Source: Nageia nagi
Taxonomy: Eukaryota > Plantae > Pinophyta
DNA: 64,000 nucleotides
Reading direction: 5' to 3'
Assembly: GCA_050084985.1 (NCBI GenBank)
Contig: JBITNC010000001.1
Span: forward strand, 30,008,001 to 30,072,000
The notes beneath the pieces were generated by a model. It was given only the letters and a program-made list of their open reading frames with translations, was not told the origin of the DNA and did no database searches. Shown here piece after piece: positions 45,001 through 56,385 of the stretch (position 1 is the first letter of the stretch; every line of letters starts with the position of its first letter). Both the position numbers and the translations under genes were made by a program.

Positions 45001-47120
45001 TAATCTATAATGGGTTTTAATTTTATGAAATAATTCTTCAAAAACTCCATCAAATATATGCATTTAGATTTTCTATTAAAATTGCCATGAACACATACTT
45101 GCAAGTCCAAGGCTAAGGGTTGGCTCACCAAGCCTTTCTTAAGCCTAAAATTGAGCCTAAATTGGAGATTCAAATATCAAGTTCCTAATATTTAAAACTA
45201 AGGAAATGTGTGCATTATAGTTTCAAGTATTAGGATCCTCATATATATTAAGAACCTAAGCCTAAATCAAGATCTCAATTTTGACTTCACCCACTTCCCC
45301 TCCAAGTGGAACCAACTTCTTGCTTTCACCCATAATAGTTACCAAATTCCATGTTCTTATAGGAAGGCAAAAAAAACATTTGATAGGTATATCCCCCTTT
45401 GATATGAAAAGAGTGTATGGATATGAAAAGCAATTTATTTCTCCATAAGTGCCTTGAATTCCTTACAATAGGAAAATATCCAGTCCTTAGTCTTCATGAA
45501 ATACACCCAAATCTTTCTCAAGTACTCATCAAAAAATAACAAGAAGTATCTAAAGCCAGAAATAATAACTAATATTGGTCCACATAAATCAATATGAATC
45601 ACATCAAGAGGCCTTTTAGCACAATGTGTGCTAAGATCGAATGGAACTATGTGTTGTTTTCTTGTTATGTAAGTAGAACAAATGTTAGAAGGAGAAATAA
45701 GAGATGGGGGGCCATGTACCAACTCATTCTTTTGTAGAGTGATCAAGTAGTCTAGATTCATGTGTCCATATTTGCAATGCCAAAGTGTGGTGACATCCGT
45801 AACATGAACATTAAGTTCATGATTATTTAAAAAAATTATGTCAAGTAGAAACATCTTTCCAAATCCTATAAAAATCACCATACTTTATCCACCTTGAGGT
45901 TTGTCATGAATGTAGCAAACTCTCTTTCCCTTCACTTTGTCAAACTCTACTTTCATGTCATGATCCAACATCTAACTAATAGATAAAAGATTCTTTGTGA
46001 GATCAGGCACATACAAGACCTCCTATACTTGATAGTTATTCTTTCTAAGATGTATGAAAACATCCCTTGTTCCTTTAATATCATAGGGTGTATCATCATC
46101 CAAATGTACTTTACCAAGATAAGGTGATTCATCCAAGGAAGAAAATGAATCCTTCCAGTTAGTCATGTGTGAGGAAGCACTTCAATCAATGTACCAAGTT
46201 TATGATCTCGAGGATTGTACTTCATAAGCAAAAGAATTTTTTTTAGACTTCTCATCTTCTACTCCATCATCAATAGTTCCTTGTTATCACCATCCTTGTC
46301 TTCAATTTTTATTTTTCCACTCCTTGTAATTCCTAAGTTTTTGCCCTTTTTGTTTAGGATTCTTATTGCTCAATAATTTATCCTTAGCAAAATAATTGTA
46401 CCAACAATCTTTCAATTCATTCCCTTTCTTACCACATATTAAATAACTTTTCTTGGGTTCATCGTTTGATTGGAAAGAATGTGTTTCCTTACCCTTTTGA
46501 TGGGAAGGCTTCTTGTTCTTATGATTCAACATCATGTAATGTTTCTCTTCTTGCAAAATTTCACGGGAGGCTTCTGCTTGCTATAAAATATTCATGAACT
46601 TCTCAAAAGTTGATTTTTGGTCTACAATGTTCAAGGTCATCACAAAGGTATATAATTTCTTCGTAGTGCTCTTAGAACAATGGGCATCAAGGATGTGCCT
46701 TCCATCTTCTCTCCTAGTATTTGTCGGGAGGCATAGAGTTTTTAAATATGACAAAGAAAAGATTCCATAATATTACCATTCTTCAACCTTAAATTGTTTA
46801 ACTGGCTTTGAAGATGTAATATTTGATTCACATTCTTGGACTCATAGACTTCCTGCAACTTCTTCCATACATTGTCCACTTTTGTGCAATCTCAAATATG
46901 CCAAGTACGATGATCATCAACATTTTGATATTGTAGTGATTGAACTTTTTTTTTATCTTCATTAGTTATCATTGGTCTAATTTAAGTGCCATTAACAATT
47001 TCCCACAATTGTTCAAAGCAATTTTTTTTTTTGAATTTTGGTTTTCCATGTAGCATAGATATCTCCCTTTAGAGCTTGAGAGTCAGGAAGTAATATCTTC
47101 AAAGCATTTTGGGCCATTTA
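42063..47120 (-). mobile_element. Degenerate Ty1/copia element (gag-pol); probable 5' LTR end at ~54300-54416
   Basis: RNase H/RT (YHQLIGWLIYLTYTRQNI), integrase (ISKDVIFNE, HIDLCGP, LWHCKYGHMN), zinc knuckle remnant (ICGKKGNELKDC), PPT at 42130-42135. TAATGTATTATTATTATTTCTAA occurs at both ~42105 and ~54392. Confidence 0.8.
44328..45331. mobile_element. ~1-kb TIR element, copy C, inserted in a copia integrase relic
   Basis: Ends GGGTGGGTGAAAGAAGTTGGGTCCAC / GTGGAACCAACTTCTTGCTTTCACCC. Interior colinear with copy B; interrupts the integrase just before TPQQNG. Confidence 0.8.
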
Positions 47121-48099
47121 TCTTTGTAAAAAATTTCAAACTCCATTGATTCATCTTAAATATTGAATTGATCTTCAAAAGTATTAATTACCTCCTTTGA
47201 AAAATAATTTAATACCTAAGATCTAACAAGTGCTTAAATTTAAAAAATTGCACATATCAAATAAGATATTAATGAGATTGAAACCCTTGACCTTTTCTCC
47301 ACCAATTTAAGATTTTACTAAGAAACGAAGATTGGTACCTTGAATAAAATATCTACAGACAATTTAATCTCCTAAAAGTATTATGCTTCTCCCAACAAAT
47401 AATTTAGCACTTTCAAATTTTAGTGTTGTAGGAAAATATTTCTCATTATTCTAAAGTCCAACTTTAGAATTAAAAAAATGTTATTTTTTTGGGAGATTGT
47501 GATAGTGAAAAAGATTGCAAAAATGCATGAGTTGTAGAAGGACATACTCATGAGCTAGCAAGAAAGAAACAAAGTATATTAATATCCTTGGGTGACCAAA
47601 AGAGGTCAATAAGACTAGAAAGTACAATCATGTAAATGAAGCCAGCAAGCCCCTAATGGGGTCTCTAAAGAAAACATAAAAGAATAAATAACTACAATAG
47701 TACAAGAGAAACTTGGTTCTAAAAGAAAGGATGGATACAAAAATTAAGGCTCCCTAGGGAATGTAGCTTTGGACTGTACTGTGGGAGCATATGATGGTAC
47801 TCGTTGCTACAGGGAGAGCTTAGGTGTGATCACTATTAGATGTGTCTATGGCATTGCTACTAGAGGAGAAGAAGGATGTGATTCAATGTATCCATGAAGG
47901 ATCCTTGACTCTCTGTATACATCTCCTGGTCTAACATGGTGGATGTAAGTGCTCCTCTTGATGTCTCTTACAAGCTCACTTAGGGGAAGAGGTACAGAAA
48001 AGGATGTGATGATTCGATCCCCAAGTGCTTGTTGAGATTGAGCTAGAATTCATTGCCATAAGAGGAAGGTCTCTTTGAAGTATAGAGCCAAACATCACT

Positions 48100-49560
48100 A
48101 ATTCGGATAATGGATGAATGTGCTCAAAGAGTTGTGTGAGTCTCAAAAAAGGAAATAATAGCTTCCTCTTATATCATAGTAAACTAGGCATTGAAAAATG
48201 AAATGGGTTTCAGACTAAATGTCAAGAGAGCAAAGGCAATAAACTCAAAGGTCTCTATCTACATGGTGGTCTATCTCCATCCTCAATTGGTGTGAACATA
48301 ATAGAAACTGATCAAGGGCTAATCTCAAGCTAAGAGGAAGATGCAAGCTAATGTATTTAGGTGGTTGGATCAACCTTGTATCTAAATGGAGGTAATGATG
48401 AGCATAATAGTCTAGTTTGGGTATCAACAACTATGGGGGAGACACCCAAGTAACCTGAATATAAGATCTATAGATAGCCTCATGGATCACTTTATAGGAG
48501 ATTGCTGCCTCCATTGTAGGAGGTGAAGGTAGGCTATCTACTGAGAAACCAATTATTGAAAGCATCTCAAAGACCTCAGCAAACTAGCATTAATAGCAAC
48601 CCTAGGAAAACAAGTCGATTGAGGAAGCTAGGGCTCTTACTAGGAGTCTACCAATCCCACGAGCAGATAAATTCTGAATACGATGAAGAAAGAGGACTAT
48701 AACAACAAGGGCCAAAACTAGAAGAGGTTGGCATTCAAACTCTGCAAGGAAAATAGGGTGTGGGGATGTCCTCTTACTTCAAATGAAGCATGATAGGAAG
48801 GTGATCAAGATCCTCTCTATCAATGTCCAATCAGTTGCCAACAAGCTAGGTCCCCAAACCTTTACTCTATACAAGGCTGTATGTATGACTAGTGTCTTGA
48901 ATAACTCTAACTTGGATGAAACATCTTGAAAGTGTAATTGGAAGCTCTACGTCTCTAAAGGGGACAAGGCTGCATACCGTCGATGAACTTTGGGTGGTGC
49001 TGCTAACCCGAGAAGAGCACTCCCAAGTAAGTATAAGAGGAGGTAGTCTTTATACTACTGCTACGAAAGCTGAGTTGTGTCCAGTCCATCGTGGCCTTCG
49101 AAACATTGAAGGCCACAACCTTAGTCTTGCTAAGGTTCACTGCCAACTCTTGTCTAGCACTGAACGTATTGAGAGCATCGAACAAAGCATCCACACTCGA
49201 ACCCTATGGTCTCAAAGATAAAGGACTCCAACTCATCTATATATAACCCAAACAAAATCGAAGAGAGAGGGCAACCTTGTTTCACCCCTATGCTGCTAAG
49301 AACACTATCGGAGAGTCCATCTGAGGTGTGCACTTGGTGTAAGAGCATCTCATAGTCACTAAACCCTCCTCTAGTACTCCTAAACTCCTTAGCTATTTCA
49401 TGAGTCTATGTCGAGGAAAAGTGTCAAAGGCTTTCCAGAAGTCTACAAAATAGTAGAATATTAATTCTTCTAGAATCTAACTTCCTTGATAATAACCCTG
49501 AATGTGAAAATATGATCAAGAGGTACAGTAATCTCTACGAAAGCCAGCCTGTTCCATAGC
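48100..49560 (-). mobile_element. Non-LTR retrotransposon (LINE) reverse transcriptase relic
   Basis: DHIFTFRVII, VDFWKAFDT, IGVKQGCPLSSILFGLYIDEL, LAVNLSKTKVVAFN, YTYLGVLF, and C-terminal CSHQLRMEI...ETHFIFQCLVYYDIR. Confidence 0.85.
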
Positions 49561-49911
49561 TCAAAACCCCCTAGAGTCAGCCATCGGAGAGAGATACCCC
49601 TCCAATACCATGGCATACAACTTGGCCGAAGGATCAGGTTGGCGGAGGAGCATGGGCTGCTGCACATCCTTGTTGAATTCACAGTAGACGTTGTCAATTT
49701 ATGGTGGCTACGAATGGGAGTTTGATGCTGGTGAGTACGTGGTTGAGTAATGTAACTATTCAGGAGACTCAACGCTGGGGAAGACTGAGGCGTGGCGAGG
49801 CCTGAGGATGGCTGGAGGTGGAGTTTTGCTCTTCATGTGCATCAAGTTGGCGAATTTGAATCTTCATGGTAGTTGGGAAGTAGAACAACAGTCTCCTTTT
49901 GTATATGCTAC

Positions 49912-52900
49912 TGTGAGATGGTAATCTCTCATGACCTGGGTTGTGAGTAGATCTAGAGTGAAACCTCTATATTACGAGGATACATTTCAGACCCGACTAC
50001 TGTGAGAGGAATCATGGCAGTCTCCATGAGAGAGAGACTATTTTGATGGTTGTACTGATGGGATAGTTAGGGTGAATAAATCTCAGGGGGACCTTAGGGG
50101 TGATTCCCGTATGAAGGTCATTGGTTGGGAGGTGAGCAAGGGTCCCGTGGGATCTCATTGGTGGTGCATGATAGTATGAGTCCTGGAGCTGCGAGGCTGG
50201 GATGAGCCACAAAGATTATGGTCTTTGGCAGCATGTAATTGAGGGATTGATAGATGTGGGATAAGGCTTAGCCTGGGTAGGCCACGTTGCAGGTCTATAC
50301 ATGGGTTGCTGCATGGTACCCAGCTTGGGTCATGTCCTCAGGGGTGGCTCAAGTTGGTACTATGATAGTTGGTATCAGAGCACCTCTAAGGGTCTAGCTA
50401 TATTGTGGTACCGATAACCATATGTATTGTGCTAATGCGACCCATATGAGGCAAGTGTATATCGGGTGATGGCCTCTTGAAGTATGTGGAGAGTGTGCAT
50501 TGTGTCGGTTGGCCGTGCAGAGGCACCTTATGACCTACCATGGTCATGCCTTACCGTTTGGGTCGAGCGCATGTGGAGTCATGTTGCAGCATCCCTTGAT
50601 GGTACTCTATGTGAGCCCATCATAAAATGTAGGAGTGTTCATGTTGGGGTGTGTTTTGCTAATGATGGTAGCACCACACCATTTGTGCATTCTGAGTTGG
50701 AACTTCATGTCTCGAACCTTAATGTTGGGTAGATGGGATTTGGAGTGTCTAGTTGAGGTCACTTGGGTCAAGTTGATGTACACAGTTGGTGAGCATGCAT
50801 GAGATTCCTCTTGGGACATGTAGGAGTGCTGAATGCCGTAGTGGAGGCCGCACTCTACCTTCTATGCTCCCTTGTGGAGTGGACCTTACAGGTGTAAAAT
50901 GATTCCCCCCCTTTGCTTTATATTGGAGACCATGCCATGGCTTCTAGCTCTCCAGGGGACATCCTGTAATAGTGCACGTTTGTGCATCATTATTGTGACC
51001 ATTCCTGATGTGGAAGTATCGAAAGGACTACGATGCTGTTAGGGGTAGGGTGTGCACTAAAGTCGAGGAGTTGCCCAAGGAAGCAACATGGGTGCATCTT
51101 ACGTCTCACAATATGCAGCGATGCATCCCTTCGTAGACCCGTAATGCTAAGAGAGAGTCAGTTGGGTGGGGGAATTGTGTGTGCATTTGTGCCTATGCTG
51201 TTGATGCTTGCTTGTGAAGCATGTGCTTTGTGTTATGCTCAACTTGCTTTCCTAGTGACTCCTGATGCTTATGTTGGAAGCTTACCGGACCTCATCGTGG
51301 GATGCAGGTTGAACTCAAAAAGCTGGACGTGGATCAAGATTTGTGTTGAAAGCTAACCAGACCTCATCGCTGAGTGAAGGTTGAACTTGGAAAGCTTGAC
51401 TAGACCAAGGTTTGTGCTGGATGCGATTGGACCTCATCGTGAGATGCAAGTTGAACTCGGAATGCTTGACATGAATTGAGGGCTATGCCAATGTGGATCG
51501 GACCTCGTCATTGAGCATAGGTTGAACATGGGAAGCTTGACATGGAACAAAGTTGTGCTGAGTGCTAACCAAACCTGATCGCTGGATGTAGGTTGAACTC
51601 AAAACGCTTGACTTGGACCAAGGTTTGTGTCGGATGCGGATTGGACCTTATCATTAGATGCAGGTTGAACTCGATAAGTTCGACTCGAACTGAGGGCTAT
51701 GCCAATGTGGACCAGACCTCATCATCGAGCATAGGTTGAACTCGGGAAGCTTGGTTTGAACTGCCCACGCTAGCTGAGAAGCACGGTTTGAGATCTATAA
51801 GCAAGAGTGTGTTTTGTGTGTGTGCTTCAGGGCTAGAGATACCAGAATGTCATCTGAGACTGTGCAAGTGGGTGAACAAGGTGTGGAACCTTTAGTGGGG
51901 GCCTAAGAGAAAGTGGCAATTATGGAGCAAGGTATTTAGTGTGGTGAACCATCTCAAAGCCCCACGATGGGACCACCCATGATGTCGAGCATCTCTCGGT
52001 AGCATAAGAAGAGATTAGTCCATTTTCGGTAAATAGTGGATAGTGAGATGGAAAAGGAATTGGCTTTGCCTGAGAAAGACCAATCGCCCTCGATCGTGTA
52101 TTATGCCAACCTTCGAACCCAAGTTCTCAATCTTGAGGAAGAGAGTGGGCGTTGGTATGTTATGATAGAGCAACTGTTGAAGGAGAATAGGGACTTGTCT
52201 AATCGAGTCTTTCACCTGGAAGGGGAGCTATCTAGGGTGAACCAAAATATGAGAATACTGCTTGAAGATGCAAGTGTTTGGAAGAAAGCTTATGCTTCTG
52301 CGGGGCAAGCATCCATTGGCGAGGGTAAGAACCCAAACCAAAGGAATAGGGGATGTTTGCTGGGGAAAGAGATGAGAAAGTGTTAGAGAACTTCATCTGG
52401 GAGGTGGATTACTACTTAGAATCAATCCCCCCTCGGAGCAGGGAGGACCAGGTGAAGTTGGCTGTGCATTTCTTCAATGAGGATGACATGCTGTGGTGGC
52501 ATACAAGGGAACATAACATCAAAGCAGGATTCGATGAGACCCCATGCAAGAATTAGGAGACACTCAAGGAACTATTGAGAGAGAGGTTCCGACCTAAGAA
52601 TACTGCCATGGTGGCCCATCAGAAGCTAACTGAGTTAAAATAGGCAGGGTCCATCAAGGAGTACATAGTGGCTTATCAGACTTTGATGTTGGAGATCCCT
52701 AGGATGGATGCAGAAGATAGATTATGGCATTTCATGCAAGGGTTAAAACCTTGGGCTCACAGGGAGCTTGATCACAAGGATGTGGAAACCTTGGAACAGG
52801 CTATCTTGGTAGTAGAGAAGCTATCAGACTATCCTGAAGGAAATTTCAGCGAGGATGATGAGGAAGATGCTTATAATGAAATAGATCCATCATCACCTTC

Positions 52901-53778
52901 TAGTGGGGGAGAAGACACGGATGAGTATGTTGAGAGTAGTGACATGGAGTACAACGAGCGAGATCAAAGGAAGCGAGGATGCCGAGGAAAAGAGCCTCAA
53001 TGCTCAGGTAAGCAAAAAAGGGTGAGATGGGTTGATCAGGTGAGAAGGTGCTATACATGTGGTGAGGAGGATCATGTTGCTAGGAAGTACCCTCACAGGA
53101 AGTAAAGGACAGGAGGTAAGTGGCCTGTCGAGACTTCCCACCTGGGTAGGATGGTGCTAAACGGATCGTTCCTCCCATCTTGAGGATGGGCAAGGTTTGA
53201 TTTAGGGAATTTGGTGATGTTACCTACGGGTGTTCGATACCGATACACCGACGAGGTAGTATTGGACACCGCCTTCAAGGTTGTGAAGTAGAGAAGGTCA
53301 TTGATGTGGACGTCAACACTCCTAAGTGGGGGAGAATGTGAGAGGGTAACCTCTCATGACTCGGGGTGTGAGCGGATCTAGAGCAAAACCTCTATACTGC
53401 GAGGATACATTCCGGACCCGACTATTGTGAGAGGAATCATGGCGGTCTCCGTGAGAGAGAGATTGTTCTGATAGTTGTACTGACGGGACAGGGTGAAAAA
53501 AGCTCAGGAGGACCTTTGGGGTGATTCCCGTACGAAGATCGTTGGTTGGGAGGTGAGTAGGGTCCTGTGGGATCTCATTGGTGGTGCATGATAATATGAG
53601 TCCTGGAACCGCGAGGCCAAGATGAGCCATAAAGACTGTGGTCTTTGTAGCGTGTAACTAAGGGATTGACGGATGTGGATAAAGCTTAGCCTGACCCCGT
53701 TGCGGGTCTATACACGGGTTGCGCACGGTACCCGGCTTGGGTCATGTCCTCACGGGTGGCTAAGCTTGTACTGTGACA
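49912..53778 (+). mobile_element. Complete non-autonomous gag-only LTR retrotransposon (gypsy-type gag, TR-GAG-like), 3867 bp
   Basis: 5' LTR 49912-50367 and 3' LTR 53337-53778; perfect TSD GCTAC (49907-49911, 53779-53783); PBS TGGTATCAGAGC 50370-50381; PPT AAGTGGGGGAGAA 53324-53336; broken gag ~51850-53105 ending in CYTCGEEDHVARKYP; no pol. Confidence 0.92.
51288..51762 (+). repeat. Tandem repeat, ~6.7 units of 70-72 bp, in the retroelement leader
   Basis: GACCTCATCG...GGTTGAACTC units start at 51288, 51360, 51430, 51501, 51572, 51644 and 51715. Confidence 0.9.
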
Positions 53779-54781
53779 GCTACGCGTTGGGCGCGTTTTT
53801 TCATTTTTTTAAACTACAGGGCAGAGGAGGGCTTTCACAATGCCCACAATCAGAGACCTTCTCCTTGTGTCCACAATTCGTAGCCTTTTCTTCCTACGCG
53901 GGTTGCGAGCAGGTTACCAATGTCATGGCTTTCCTCGTCAGATGGGCGGGAACGGTCTGACGTGTACACTGGAGGCTGTACAATTTCCGTTCGCAGGTCT
54001 GGTATCAGTCGAGAGTGTGTGCGTGGGCAGACTGGGTAACGTTTTTGTTTGAGACGTGGGCAGTTTCAAACAAGCGTATCATCTTGTGGGGAGTTTGGGA
54101 GAACTTCAACGCTGAACAGGATTCTGGGTATGCGCTGGTGTGAAGACGTGGGACTAGCTTTCACATAGATGTTCCTATCTTCTGATGGCAGACTTGTTGC
54201 ATCTACGTACGAATAAATCTTACCAGGCTGTTGGCAGTAATAAATGGAATTTCTACGGGATAGTTTTGATCAGAGAAGTCTAAGTTTATGATTCTATTAA
54301 TGAGAACATGAATAAATACATGGTATATGAGAATTTACATTCTTCTAGTATAATCAACCAAAATAATCACCAATATACATTAGCAATAAATTAATGTATT
54401 ATTATTATTTCTAATATATGTCGAATTGTTCTCTTGCTTTAGTTCACTCAGAGACGTAAGATGTCAAACACTACTTTTGTTTAACGAACTTAGGATTATG
54501 ATGATTGGTTGAAGATTGTAGAACAATGTCATTCGCAGTAATCTATATATCTCCAAACTACAACATAAATTACAAGGAAATCGTTAAATTAAAGGATATT
54601 AATATTTTAGATTTTTAAACAATATAATTTATTTTAATATTTTTTTTAAGAAATGCTTGTTTTTTAAGAAATTGAGAATGTTAACACTCATTTATCTCTT
54701 CAACTTTTCTTTTATAAAACTTTGAACACTAAAAAAAATTCTTTCAACATCTTATTTAAAAAAAAAAAAAATCATACAATA

Positions 54782-56385
54782 TTACATTTTAAGATTACTG
54801 TTGCCTGTATTAGATGTAGTAGTGGTATAAGGGAAATTTAGGATTAGATCTGAGAAACTTCTTTCATACTCACGTCTATCATGACCATTAATGTCCCTAG
54901 AGTTGAATGAGTACTCCTCATTACCCGCATGTCCTATATAGGAATAAGAACTGACCCCTTCTATCCAATCATCTGAATTGTGATCTTCCAGACTATAGTG
55001 ATTATGTTCCTTTTTATTTTCTCCATTCGGATCTTTGAGTGACTGCTCCCAGTTGAGTTCTTCAGAGCTGCAAAGAGAGAAGAAAGAAGAAACCGGACTG
55101 AAGCTTATATGGGCATTTGTTTCAGTCCAAGAAAACTCCCATTCCTGATCTGGAGTAGTTTCATCAATTACTCTGCATCCATTGTTCTTATTCTTAATGT
55201 CATTTACGGTTTTCTTCTTGAAAGCCTTTCCTGCTTCCGAGTTCCAGAGCTCCGAAAACAAATCAGAAGATGAGTTGCCATTAGAATTGGTGTCTGTATT
55301 TTCATCGGCTTTCATTTTACTGCAGGATGATGATGAGAGCACTGAAGCCCGGGAGAACCAAGCTTCGGCTTCGAGTCTTGTGATTTCCCACTGTGACATA
55401 TGCCTCATGACGGCCGCGGACCGAGAACACTGAGAGCCGTTGGAAACACCTCCCTCCGACCTGGGAGCATGCGTTGAGGGATCGAGTCCCATCCGTAGCA
55501 GCTTCTTCTTCAGATGTGTGTTCCAGAAATTTTTGATCTCGTTGTCCGTTCTCCCAGGCAACTGTGCTGCTATAGCAGACCATCTGTAAAAATAGAAAGG
55601 AGTAAATAAGTGGGACTCGAAATCGAAACTGGGACAATTTGCTTTCATTGTGGCAATTCACGTGGTACCTGTTCCCAAGGATTGCGTGGAGCTGAATAAT
55701 AGTCCGTTCTTCTTCGGGTGCAAATGGTCCGTGCTTTATATCAGGTCTCAAATAGTTGATCCACCTCAGGCGGCAGCTCTTCCCGCAGCGAAGAAGACCT
55801 GTTTTTATAAACCTTTTTACCAAAAATAAAGTAGCGAATTCGAAACATTAAAACATTCAATCTCATAAGGAGACAAAAGATAAAGAAGATGTCCAATTAG
55901 CCGGAGTATCAGCTCAGCGAATACATTAACAGTTAAAATATTCAATTCTTCACATGAATCATTAATTTAATTAGAAAATTGTCTGTTCATTCTGATTGTA
56001 AATACAATTACACCTGCGCTGTCTTTTATAACTCCAATAGTCTTAATTTAGTCTCGACACGAATAATATCCATTCTAAAGCATGGAATCTCTGCTTGAAG
56101 CTAACCTCTCAATTCACTTTTACATTGGACTTAGGCAAATCAATATATTTGGAATACATGCACGTCGATCGATCTTAAAGAAAATATCTACAGAAGTTTA
56201 AAAAAAAAAAAAAATCATCTAATGTATACATCATCATAGCAAAGATCCAGACCGGCTTGCTTGGGAAGAGAATGCCAATTTCCATGACCTTTTTTCTGAA
56301 TGTATTCCACCAGAATCCTATCCTCATCAGGCGTCCATGTTCCTCTCTTTAGCCCCAGTTTTTCACAGCAAGGTGCTCTACCCAT
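54782..56385 (-). CDS. MYB17: R2R3-MYB transcription factor, subgroup 9 (MIXTA/MYB17-like), intact, 3 exons, 354 aa
   Basis: Exons 56385-56253 (133 bp), 55798-55669 (130 bp) and 55583-54782 (802 bp) with GT..AG introns of 454 and 85 bp; this is the canonical R2R3-MYB exon layout and gives an open 1065-nt frame. Protein [22 protein letters not shown]...[26 protein letters not shown]...[32 protein letters not shown], followed by the subgroup-9 motif ([14 protein letters not shown]) and a MYB17-type [12 protein letters not shown] motif. The symbol means 'MYB17-like' and is not phylogenetically tested. Confidence 0.93.

Noticed and set aside
51288-51762. CRISPR-like periodic array
   Set aside because: The variable parts are homologous to each other, there are no cas genes, and it lies inside a plant LTR element.
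55182-55433. Antisense ORFs over MYB exon 3 (also 31877-32183)
   Set aside because: Shadow frames of the coding strand with no independent support.
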